Source: Bacteriovoracaceae bacterium (GTDB lineage: Bacteria; Bdellovibrionota; Bacteriovoracia; Bacteriovoracales; Bacteriovoracaceae). From it: a DNA stretch of 64,000 nucleotides. This document shows, piece by piece, positions 19,209-27,938 of the stretch; position 1 is the first letter of the stretch, and every line of letters begins with the position of its first letter. The notes below the pieces were generated by a model. That model was not told the origin of the DNA. It saw only the letters and a program-made list of their open reading frames with translations, and searched no databases. The stretch covers positions 10,262 through 74,261 of the forward strand of contig JBLIAG010000003.1 of assembly GCA_047634375.1 (NCBI GenBank). Direction: 5' to 3'. The position numbers and the translations under genes are program-made.

Positions 19209-20117
19209 ATGGAACTATCCAAGCATAAAAATCATCGAGATGCTTCGTACCTTAGTTGGTTACGTAAGCAAGAATGTGTAATCTCTGGGCAAAAAGCTCA
19301 GTGTGCCCATCACATCCGCCTAGGAACTAATGGTGGTAGTTCGCTTAAGCCATCTGACTATTTCTGTATTCCACTTCTTAATGAGTATCATACGACTGGA
19401 TTATTTGCGATCCATATTATTGGTGAAGACTCATTTTTAACTCAGTTTAGGTTGAATAAAAATGAGCTGTTTATTGGATATCTAAAGCAATATTTAATTG
19501 AAGAGTTTGATACTTATATTCAATTAGAAGATCTTCATGGCGAAAGTTTAATCGCTTATATGATTAAGTTAATTGAAGAGAAAGGGCCTCAGTTTGATAA
19601 GCCCCGAAAGAAAACTAAAAACAAAAAAATAAGTAATTCTAGTATTTCAAAAAAGAGTATTACTGAGAATGAGTTCTATCAGAAGGCCAAAGAGGAAAAG
19701 AAAGTTCGTGATCGCCAGTTGAGAATGAAACTTAAAGAAGAAGGTCAAAATTCTAATAAAACCTTTAATCCAATTTTGAAAAAAAAGAGTTCAAAATCAT
19801 CCAAAACTTTTAAAGGTAATGAATTCTACGAAAAAGCTAAAGAAGATAAAAGAATTCAGGATAAAGAGCTTAGACAGAAGTTAAAAGCTTCTCAAAAAAC
19901 AGTTAAGACAAATGATACTCAATCTGAATTTTATGAAAAAGCTAAAGAGCTAAAACGTATGAGAGATAAAGAATTACGCGAAAAAATTAAGCTTTCTAAA
20001 AAAGCTAAAAAATTAAGTAACAGCCAAACAGAATTCTATCTTCAGGGCAAAGAACAAAAGCGAATTCGAGATAAAGAGCTTAGACAGAAAGTTAAAGAGC
20101 AAAGAAAATCTATCTGA
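19209..20117 (+). CDS. hypothetical protein: N-terminal Cys/His-rich (putative Zn-binding, DUF968-like) domain + C-terminal 4-5 tandem Lys/Glu/Arg-rich ~40-aa repeats
   Basis: N-terminus WLRKQECVISGQ…CAHHIRLG…CIPLLNEYH; C-terminus repeats EFYxKAKExKRxRDKELRQKxK; DNA-level tandem repeat from ~19660 to 20110. Confidence 0.5.
   Translation: MELSKHKNHRDASYLSWLRKQECVISGQKAQCAHHIRLGTNGGSSLKPSDYFCIPLLNEYHTTGLFAIHIIGEDSFLTQFRLNKNELFIGYLKQYLIEEFDTYIQLEDLHGESLIAYMIKLIEEKGPQFDKPRKKTKNKKISNSSISKKSITENEFYQKAKEEKKVRDRQLRMKLKEEGQNSNKTFNPILKKKSSKSSKTFKGNEFYEKAKEDKRIQDKELRQKLKASQKTVKTNDTQSEFYEKAKELKRMRDKELREKIKLSKKAKKLSNSQTEFYLQGKEQKRIRDKELRQKVKEQRKSI
19660..20110 (+). repeat. in-frame tandem repeat (4-5 units, ~105-150 nt) inside CDS 19209-20117
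   Basis: recurring gaattctacgaaaaagctaaaga… / gataaagagcttagacagaa units; identical 20-mer at 19861 and 20071. Confidence 0.7.
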
Positions 20118-20424
20118 ATATATTTCTCATATAGAATATCATGTAATATCAGTGGGTTAGGAGCGACTTTGCTGCTGTATTACTTGTATGCCTCACTGAC
20201 CAAATATTGATCAGTGCTTGTAAACTCTTCAAGGTCAATATGATTATTTGAGTAAATCTGTAATTATTGAATCACTTTAAAATTAAAATAAGTTCAACGA
20301 ATGCATTGGATTTAATTATTCAAAGTCTTCCTTTTTTATGAGGAATTTTATTGGAGTCGTGTGTCGAATTAAATAATTCACCTCATTTTAAATGTTTTAA
20401 GCTTACAAAGGCTTAAAGTAAGAG

Positions 20425-20450
20425 GGCGTCCTTTAAGGGCGCCTTTTTTT
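20425..20450 (+). terminator. strong rho-independent terminator
   Basis: GGCGTCC-TTTAA-GGGCGCC stem-loop (7 bp incl. G-U) followed by T7 (20444-20450). Confidence 0.6.
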
Positions 20451-20480
20451 ATTAAAAGATTAAACCCTTAGGAGTCATCA

Positions 20481-21314
20481 TTGAAAAGTGTCTTTATTAT
20501 TTTTATATTATTAGCTTTTTCCTGTTCATCACCAGTTATAAAGAGTGATGATAATAAAAAAAATGTTATTCAACCTCTTAACTCAAAAAATATTATGAAT
20601 AAATATTCAAGAGGACTTGATAAATTCTTCTCTAGGGAGGAAGTTGTTAAAGATACTAGTTTTTTTGAGTTAAAAAATATTTGGAATAGTCTTACATGGA
20701 GTGAGATTATGGCAGATGGTAGCATCATATCTTTAAGTTCAGGGACTATTGGAAAGGGGATGTTATTTGTATTATCGAAAGAACATTCATTTCTTTCTAA
20801 ACCAGGGGCAACACTAACAACTCGAAAAATAAGTGGATTTAATGGAGTTTTAGTAAGACCATATGATGTTAGTGAAGAGTGGGCCGGCGCTATGATGATT
20901 CATGAATTAGTTCACTTAAGTCATATGATTTCAGGGAAAAGTGTTTCATCGAGTGAGGGCGAGTATTTGGCATATATGGAAGAGAGAAAAGCTCTTGATA
21001 TTTTAACTGAAAATAAATTGACTATTGAACAAGATACTTTAATCAAAGAAATGAAACTTAATAGTTATATTCAAGTCATCTGGCACTTTAATAATAATCG
21101 AATAAAATTTCAAGAGAAGCTTATGGAAATGGATAGAAGAATTTCTAAAGAAAAACCAAAAAGCATGTCTGAATTAGAGATGAGGCTAGGATTTTATGCT
21201 GTATCTATATCTTTAGGTATATTGGAGAAAGGCGAATTTGATAAAAAAACTCCTTTCAAAGGGAGGGGAATTCAAGTTGTCGGACAAGTCCTTAAAGAAG
21301 TTGGGAAGTATTAG
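20481..21314 (+). CDS. lipoprotein with HExxH motif; putative zinc metallopeptidase (TTG start)
   Basis: 277 aa; AGGAG-6nt-TTG; lipobox LLAFSCS; AMMIHELVHLSH contains HELVH. Confidence 0.45.
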   Translation: MKSVFIIFILLAFSCSSPVIKSDDNKKNVIQPLNSKNIMNKYSRGLDKFFSREEVVKDTSFFELKNIWNSLTWSEIMADGSIISLSSGTIGKGMLFVLSKEHSFLSKPGATLTTRKISGFNGVLVRPYDVSEEWAGAMMIHELVHLSHMISGKSVSSSEGEYLAYMEERKALDILTENKLTIEQDTLIKEMKLNSYIQVIWHFNNNRIKFQEKLMEMDRRISKEKPKSMSELEMRLGFYAVSISLGILEKGEFDKKTPFKGRGIQVVGQVLKEVGKY

Positions 21315-21527
21315 TAGCCGGTACCAGTCATAAAATTCCATTCGTTTATAATGACATAAATAATTTCAATTACAGTAATCATACTAGGTTATTTGTTTTG
21401 TTGGTTTAGATTTCATATTGTGTGCTTGGAAATATGAAGAGAGATCAAGCGTATTTTAACAGTTGAGGATAATATCAATTTTGATATTACTTCTTATGCT
21501 AAGAAAACAAACCACAAGGGAGCCAGT

Positions 21528-22031
21528 ATGAAGAAAACAAGGACAATTTTAACAATTTTAATTTTAGGACAGATCTCAAGTACCTTTGCTCAAGCACGGA
21601 ACTCTATAGGTGATTTACAAGCAGTAAAGCTTCGAGTTAATGAGAAGACAGTTCAAGTAGATGTGCATTACCCTAACTATAGAATGGGTGGAGGAACACC
21701 TTCTACCAGAGAAATTATTGATTGCTTTGTATTAGATATTTTAGATTCTGATCATGAGGTGACTCTCAATCTAAAGAAAAAGATCTCTCAGGAAGTTCTA
21801 GTTGCTCAGGGGTTTAATAGAGACAGTCAAACGGAACTAGTACCCATGATTAAGGGGGATAATATCGTTTTCAAAGTACTAAGAGGCAATCTATATATGA
21901 CAACTTTTACAGTTAGTGGAAGGGAGGATAAGCCCTTAGGAGATATTTTGGATGCTCTAATGCCTCATACAAGACAAGGGAATTCCCCTAGTGCTGTAAA
22001 TTTACTTTATGTAAGAGACTGTCGTCTTTAA
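21528..22031 (+). CDS. hypothetical secreted protein
   Basis: 167 aa; signal peptide MKKTRTILTILILGQISSTFAQA; no recognisable motif. Confidence 0.4.
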   Translation: MKKTRTILTILILGQISSTFAQARNSIGDLQAVKLRVNEKTVQVDVHYPNYRMGGGTPSTREIIDCFVLDILDSDHEVTLNLKKKISQEVLVAQGFNRDSQTELVPMIKGDNIVFKVLRGNLYMTTFTVSGREDKPLGDILDALMPHTRQGNSPSAVNLLYVRDCRL

Positions 22032-22251
22032 AATATTTTTCTAAGGTGTTAGTGGAGAAGACTGTTCTTGTCCATTAACTATTTTTCTGAATTTCTTATC
22101 TCAAACTTCACTTTGTTTGTGGAGTTTTTCTATCCTATTTATTTATCAAATTAGCCATTTGTATGTAGATCAATTCCCTCAGCTACTAAGGTAATTCATG
22201 TCGATGTCGATAGGTATTCTATAAGAAAATCTGAGAGTTGGGGAAATTCCA

Positions 22252-23589
22252 ATGTTAAAAAGAGCTGTGAAATCTATTTTAAGGAATATTAATATTAATT
22301 CCGTTTCAGGAAATGTCATCATCTTGAGTACCGTTACATTTATATGTTTGTTATTTTCAACTCCGATTATTTATAAAGTTCTTTGGAATACACTCTATGA
22401 AAAAGGATTGCAGGAAAATAAGCTACAGGCCGAGAGAATAGCAACTCTAGTTAATAGGGATTTAAGTAATGGTATTCCGGTAGATGTTGTGTTGGAAAAA
22501 TTTCAATTTATGCTTGAAAATACCACCCAGAATCACGAACATTTTGCTTGTGTTGTTAAAGGGAATGGAACTGTTATCGCTCATCCGAATCCGACTAATG
22601 TTGGTAAAGATGTAACGGGCTGGACTCTCGATGACGGAAAGGACATTGTGTCCTTTGATTATGCTGCGAAAAAAAATATTAAGTTTGGTGGAATTCAAAC
22701 GAGAACAAATGGCTCACAGGATTTAAGTTATCAATCTCCAATTGATACGCAAGATTGGGTCGTCGCCGTACATACAAACCTGAACTTACTTGAAAGTGAA
22801 TCTCTTCGAATTTTAAAAAATATAGGAATTGTTCTTATTCCCATTATGATTCTAATCATTTTGATCAGCTCCTTAATTGTTAAAAGAATTCATAAAAAAA
22901 ATAATGAAAAATTGGAAAATGCAAACGAGAAACTGAACAGCTTTGGTAAAATAGTTTGTCATGATGCCTCAGGCCCTTTAACAGGTATCATCGCTCTTGT
23001 TGATCTCATCATTGAGGACTATTCTGAAATATTACCTGAAGATGCTCAAAGCAGTTTGAGTACTGTCTCAAGTGCAACCTTTAGACTTCAAACAATGCTT
23101 CAGGACCTCTATTTATTCTGTAATTCACAGGTAGGGTTGAAGCCAGAGTTAGAAGATGTTGATCTTAATATACTAGCAAATGATATTATTTCTGATTTAC
23201 AAATTCAGATAACAGAAAGTAACGCAACAATCGTCTTGAAGGATTTGGGTACTGTGAGAAGTGGACGTAGCGAATTAAGACTTGCACTTCAAAATTTAAT
23301 TTCAAATGCGATTAAATATATAGAAAAAGGTAAAAAGCCTATTGTAGAAATTTACATGGATGGTGAAATGAATCTGTGTGTTAAGGATAACGGGATTGGT
23401 ATCAGCGAAGAGAATTATGAAAAAATCTTTGATCCTTTTAGTCGACTCGTTGGATCAGATTACGATGGGACAGGACTTGGGCTTTCAACATGTCAGAGGC
23501 TTATTAGATACACAGACGGAGATGTTTCTGTTTCTAGTGTAAAGGGAGAGGGCTCAACTTTTAAAATTTCCTTTCAATTGACCACGTAG
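22252..23589 (+). CDS. sensor histidine kinase with extracytoplasmic Cache-like domain
   Basis: 445 aa; TM - ~150-aa extracytoplasmic region - TM; H-box VCHDASGPLTGI; N box ISNAIKY; G boxes DNGIGI, GTGLGLSTC. Confidence 0.7.
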   Translation: MLKRAVKSILRNININSVSGNVIILSTVTFICLLFSTPIIYKVLWNTLYEKGLQENKLQAERIATLVNRDLSNGIPVDVVLEKFQFMLENTTQNHEHFACVVKGNGTVIAHPNPTNVGKDVTGWTLDDGKDIVSFDYAAKKNIKFGGIQTRTNGSQDLSYQSPIDTQDWVVAVHTNLNLLESESLRILKNIGIVLIPIMILIILISSLIVKRIHKKNNEKLENANEKLNSFGKIVCHDASGPLTGIIALVDLIIEDYSEILPEDAQSSLSTVSSATFRLQTMLQDLYLFCNSQVGLKPELEDVDLNILANDIISDLQIQITESNATIVLKDLGTVRSGRSELRLALQNLISNAIKYIEKGKKPIVEIYMDGEMNLCVKDNGIGISEENYEKIFDPFSRLVGSDYDGTGLGLSTCQRLIRYTDGDVSVSSVKGEGSTFKISFQLTT

Positions 23590-23742
23590 TTTATTGGGAG
23601 AGGGGCCTCTCGGACGGAACTTTGTAAATTCAAAAAGTTATAGAATATTTGTGGTCGGGTCAGCTATAAAATTTAGAAAAACAACCTGCTTTTAAGTTTC
23701 TTTATGCAACCTTTCGTGCTATAATGAAACCTGGGGGACTTT

Positions 23743-23964
23743 ATGAGTAGAGCTGTAAAAATATCAGAAGATTTAGTAAATGAGGCAGAGGTGTATTCCA
23801 AGTCGTTTAATCGGTCTATATCATCCCAAATAGAATTTTGGACTAAAATAGGTAAAATTTCTGAAGAAAATCCTGACATGTCATTCAATGAGATTAAAGA
23901 TATTCTTATAGCTAGGGAAGAAGTAAATGCAGGTTTAGTTTCTGAGTATAAGTTTGGTGTATAG
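23743..23964 (+). CDS. type II antitoxin, ParD-like
   Basis: 73-aa ORF immediately upstream (5-nt gap) of a RelE/ParE-like toxin gene; small acidic protein with N-terminal ribbon-like segment. Confidence 0.5.
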   Translation: MSRAVKISEDLVNEAEVYSKSFNRSISSQIEFWTKIGKISEENPDMSFNEIKDILIAREEVNAGLVSEYKFGV

Positions 23965-23969
23965 GTATT

Positions 23970-24260
23970 ATGGCCAAGAAAAAAGTAAAAATATTTCAAA
24001 CAAATTTATTTAGCAAGAAGATTAAAAAACTTTCAAAAAAACAAAAAATAGATCTGGATGGTGCTGTTGAGAAAATCGTGAAGGACCCAACGATTGGAAC
24101 AGAGAAGAAGGGGGATTTAATTGGAGTTTATGTATATAAGTTCAAGACTTCAACCCAGCAGTTACTACTTGCTTACGAGTGGGATGAAGAATCTAGAACT
24201 TTGTTGATGATTGGAGTTCATGAGAATTTTTATCGCGAAATAAAAAACTATAAAAAATAG
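23970..24260 (+). CDS. type II toxin, RelE/ParE family
   Basis: 96 aa, basic; pattern …DPTIGTEKKGDLIGVYVYKFK…LLAYEWDEESRTLLMIGVHENFY resembles the RelE/ParE fold consensus. Confidence 0.55.
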   Translation: MAKKKVKIFQTNLFSKKIKKLSKKQKIDLDGAVEKIVKDPTIGTEKKGDLIGVYVYKFKTSTQQLLLAYEWDEESRTLLMIGVHENFYREIKNYKK

Positions 24261-24455
24261 ACAATACTTATAAATTATATATTTCCATTTCTTTAGTGTG
24301 GCTAATCAAGTGGTGGCCTCGGTGGAATACATTTATATCAAAGTACTTAGAGACTATTCCTGTCTTAGGTCCGTCATACTGTTAACTTTTTTTACACCGT
24401 ATGAATATATTTCTACAGTATCTAATGTTGTAAGCTTCTTTGCTATAATCCTTAA

Positions 24456-25226
24456 ATGTATCGTCATTTTAAAATACTCATATTCATTATTTTAAGTCTA
24501 AAGCTTCAAGTCGTTTATGCAATTTATAATGGAAGTGAATTTTCAAATATCGAAGATGATCTTGTTTTTCAAGTTCAGTTCGAACAAGGTCACCATACTG
24601 ATGCTCCTTGTTCAGCAACAATAATTAGTGACTTTACCTTCATAACAGCGGCTCATTGTGTAGATAAATTAAATATCAGTAAGAAAATTCTTTTGCATAT
24701 TAAAGATGAAAAATTTGAAGTTGAGAGTCTGTATATCCCTTTGGAATATTTTACAGCAGATACTGTTTACAAGAAAAGCTTAGGAACAATTGATGAAATT
24801 AAGTATCATCGAAATCTTGCCTTATTCGATCTAGCGATTGTAAATGTAAAAGCTCGATTACCAGAGAGCTATAATCGTTCAGAGCCAATATTTCAAAAAG
24901 AAGTGGAGGGGATATCTGTTTGGGTTGTGGGAGCAGGTTATACGAATTATAATAATGAAACGCGAAAGTTTTATAATAACCCAGGTTCTACTCATTATAG
25001 AGTTCAAGAATTATCAGTTTTGGACAGTGAAGTTTATATGGTGAAAGGAAGTGGGTTTGATGATTATATAACAACACCCGGGGACTCTGGGGGGAGTATG
25101 TTCATTGCAGACTCAAATAAGCAAATAGGTGTTTTAAGAGGAAGTTCTGCTACTACGACAGAATCAGCATCTATATTTACTCCCATACATATACATCAAG
25201 AGTTCATACAAAAATTTTCAAAGTAG
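24456..25226 (+). CDS. trypsin-like serine peptidase (S1 family), secreted
   Basis: 256 aa; signal peptide; His motif FITAAHCV, Asp motif LALFDLAIVNV, Ser motif PGDSGGSMF. Confidence 0.7.
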   Translation: MYRHFKILIFIILSLKLQVVYAIYNGSEFSNIEDDLVFQVQFEQGHHTDAPCSATIISDFTFITAAHCVDKLNISKKILLHIKDEKFEVESLYIPLEYFTADTVYKKSLGTIDEIKYHRNLALFDLAIVNVKARLPESYNRSEPIFQKEVEGISVWVVGAGYTNYNNETRKFYNNPGSTHYRVQELSVLDSEVYMVKGSGFDDYITTPGDSGGSMFIADSNKQIGVLRGSSATTTESASIFTPIHIHQEFIQKFSK

Positions 25227-25257
25227 TGATCAGATAGAGGTTCAAGTATTTTCGCAC

Positions 25258-25343
25258 TGGTGGCTCGGGCGGGACTTGAACCCGCACAGTATTGCTACCG
25301 GTGGATTTTGAATCCACTGTGTCTACCATTCCACCACCGAGCC
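25258..25343 (-). tRNA. tRNA-Leu (anticodon CAA), class II with long variable arm
   Basis: acceptor GGCTCGG/CCGAGCC, anticodon stem GTGGA/TCCAC with loop TTCAAAA (CAA), variable arm CGGTAGCAATACTGTG, T-arm GCGGG-TTCAAGT-CCCGC, discriminator A, encoded CCA. Confidence 0.85.
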
Positions 25344-25658
25344 ATGGATGTATTGTAAGTGTATATTATTGTGTGAGTGAGAAGCTGTCAAAGAGAAACA
25401 GTACAGCTTTTGTGTGCGCTGCATCGGAAATTGTTAATCAACTTAAGAATTCATCCAATATTTTTCTCCTTTATGGGCAAAACTGGGCTCTTTGGATGTA
25501 ATTAAAGAGGGTGCTAAAATAGTTTTTAAACTAAACGAAAAGTAATAAATTATTGTCCTTAAATTAAGTAAATTTAAGGGACACCATACGTATCAGCATT
25601 TGATTCAATGCTAGAATATACTCTAAATAATTACTTTTATTAATAGGTTAGGACTAGC

Positions 25659-27938
25659 ATGAGCAATAGTTACGAAAAAGAATTTGAGAAAATTGAAAGA
25701 GAAGGTAGCTTACATGTAGTTCATTGGTTAATCATATTTCTTTCCTCAACAGTGACTATAGGGGCCTGGTATTTTACAAAGGCCCAAATCTCCGAAAAAA
25801 AATTAATTGAATTTCAAAAAAGCTCTAATCAGGTTATTGAACTGATTACTGATAGAATGCAAAAGTATGAAGATGCGCTTTGGGCCGGAGTCTCAACTAT
25901 TTATGTAAATGGTGGGGATATAGATAGTCCTAAATGGCGAACATTCTCAAGTACATTTGAAATCGATAAAAAATACCCAGGTATTAGTGGTATTGGTGTA
26001 ATCCATAATATTAAACCAAACAATATTCCTGCGTATTTAAAAAGAGAGAGAGTTCTTAGACCAGACTATCACATCCATCCCGCTCATGGACGTGATGATT
26101 TTTGGCCCATTACTCATATAGAGCCCGTTAAAGCTAATGCTAGGGCAGTTGGTCTCGATATGGCCCATGAACTTAATCGTTATACAGCAGCTCTTAAGGC
26201 CAGAGATACGGCATTGGCGCAAATTACAGGACCCATCGTTCTCGTTCAGGATTCAGGAAAAACACCTGGCTTTCTTTTTTTTACACCATTTTATAAAAAC
26301 AATCAAAAAGATAACTTAACTGAAAGGAGGGAGAATATAACTGGACTTGTTTATGCTCCCTTTGTTTTTAAAACTTTAATGAGAGGTGTTCTCTCCCAAG
26401 ATAAGAGATTAATTAGTATCAAAATATCAGATGGTACGGAAATACTATTTGATGAATTAAACTCCAAAAATACCGAATTTGATGATAGTCCATCTTATTC
26501 TCTACAAGAAACTATTCCTATGTATGGGAGAGATTGGAATTTTGAAGTTCAAACAACTAAAACATTCAAAAAGGTTATGCAAAATAATCAACCAAGACTA
26601 ATTCTTATATGTGGAATTATTTTAGACCTTTTATTGTTCTTTATTTTTCTTTTCTTAAGTCGAGCCAATAAAAAAATACTTCAATTTGGCCAAGAAGTTA
26701 GTCTTAGCTATAAGGATGAAACAAAAAAATTAGAAGATTTAAATAAAGATCTTAAAGCTGAAGTGAGTGCTAGAAAGTTTGCTGAATTACGAACACAAAA
26801 TACAAAAGAAGCAAATATTCAATTTTTAACAAAAATGGATTTTAAAATAAAGAAACCATTAAATGAAATATTAGAAGCAATAGAAAATCCAAATTTAGAA
26901 AAACTAGCACCAGAGGTAAGCTCATCTGTTAAACAGTCAGGACAGGATTTGATTGAAGTTATAAAGAATATTTTGGATGTTTCTAAATTAGAAGCAGGCC
27001 AAGTTGTTTTGAACCCAACACCTACCGATTTTTATAAACTGATAGATTCTTGCCTTGATAGTTATATTCCTAAATTTGAGAAAAAGGGAATTACATTTAA
27101 ACAAAGTATTGATGATTCTGTGCCACAGTATTTAAAATTAGATTCTAATAAACTTAAAGAAGTCCTCTTGTGCTTAGTAGATAATGCTTATCAATTTACT
27201 GATATTGGTTCAATTGAACTAACAGTTGAAGCGCAAGAAGATCCACAAACTAATCAGGTGGAGTTGCAGGTTAGCGTTATTGATACAGGTGTTGGGCTTG
27301 ATCATAAATCGTTGGAGTATATCTTTTCTCCTTTTGTTAATAGAAATGAGATTTTAGGCCAAAGTAGTATTGGCTCTGGTTTGAGCTTGTGTTTAGCAAA
27401 AAAAATAGTAGAGCTCTTTAAAGGGGAATTAAGAACCCGAAGTATTTTAGGCAAAGGAAGTAATTTTACTTTTTCAATTCAGTGTGAAAGATGTAATGAA
27501 CTTGAATTCTTTGAACAAAAAAGTAAATCGAAGAAAGAAATTGAGGTTCAGGATAAGTGGGATCGAGATGTGATATTAGTTGAGCCGGATCCTGATGAGC
27601 AAAGATTGACATCCTCAATTCTTCATCAGCTGGGTATCAACTCCATCGAAATTGTAAAAGACGGCGTAGAACTTTTAAAAAGATTCGAAGCTAAGAATTT
27701 CGCCGTTGCATTGATTAGAGATGATTTTGAGACAGCAGAAAAATTAAGAAAATTAAGTGGCTCTGTTATTTCAGGAGGCCCATATATCATTGGTATGTGC
27801 CAAAATATAAATAAAGAAGATAAGGACAAATTTAATTTAATTGGCGGAGACTATCTATTTGAAATGCCACTAGATTCTAAACAAGTAGAAGATGTTCTTA
27901 ATACTCTAAAGATTAATCTGAAGGATAAGGCTATCTAG
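25659..27938 (+). CDS. CHASE-domain sensor kinase-like protein lacking the H-box histidine; degenerate C-terminal receiver-like domain
   Basis: 759 aa; TM; extracytoplasmic CHASE-like region (GISGIGVIHNI … HELNRYTAALKARDT … ITGPIVLVQD); second TM; DHp-like helix FLTKMDFKIKKPLNEI where the conserved His is Phe; intact N/G1/G2 boxes (VDNAYQFT, DTGVGLD, GSGLSL). Confidence 0.65.
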   Translation: MSNSYEKEFEKIEREGSLHVVHWLIIFLSSTVTIGAWYFTKAQISEKKLIEFQKSSNQVIELITDRMQKYEDALWAGVSTIYVNGGDIDSPKWRTFSSTFEIDKKYPGISGIGVIHNIKPNNIPAYLKRERVLRPDYHIHPAHGRDDFWPITHIEPVKANARAVGLDMAHELNRYTAALKARDTALAQITGPIVLVQDSGKTPGFLFFTPFYKNNQKDNLTERRENITGLVYAPFVFKTLMRGVLSQDKRLISIKISDGTEILFDELNSKNTEFDDSPSYSLQETIPMYGRDWNFEVQTTKTFKKVMQNNQPRLILICGIILDLLLFFIFLFLSRANKKILQFGQEVSLSYKDETKKLEDLNKDLKAEVSARKFAELRTQNTKEANIQFLTKMDFKIKKPLNEILEAIENPNLEKLAPEVSSSVKQSGQDLIEVIKNILDVSKLEAGQVVLNPTPTDFYKLIDSCLDSYIPKFEKKGITFKQSIDDSVPQYLKLDSNKLKEVLLCLVDNAYQFTDIGSIELTVEAQEDPQTNQVELQVSVIDTGVGLDHKSLEYIFSPFVNRNEILGQSSIGSGLSLCLAKKIVELFKGELRTRSILGKGSNFTFSIQCERCNELEFFEQKSKSKKEIEVQDKWDRDVILVEPDPDEQRLTSSILHQLGINSIEIVKDGVELLKRFEAKNFAVALIRDDFETAEKLRKLSGSVISGGPYIIGMCQNINKEDKDKFNLIGGDYLFEMPLDSKQVEDVLNTLKINLKDKAI

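Noticed and set aside
23673-23999. 108-aa ORF on - strand
   Set aside because: Antisense to the ParD-like antitoxin gene, with no RBS or motif; the sense-strand TA pair is the better explanation.
2032-25343. ~23-kb segment bracketed by two tRNA genes (possible genomic island)
   Set aside because: No integrase, transposase, direct repeat of a tRNA 3' end, or compositional break was seen; the content (kinases, proteases, housekeeping yaiI/rhlE) looks like core chromosome.
25292-25501. 69-aa ORF on + strand
   Set aside because: Lies antisense across tRNA-Leu; spurious.
25553-25583. AT-rich imperfect inverted repeat TGTCCTTAAATT…AATTTAAGGGACA upstream of the CHASE gene
   Set aside because: Imperfect, and AT-rich palindromes are common by chance in this composition; kept only as a note.
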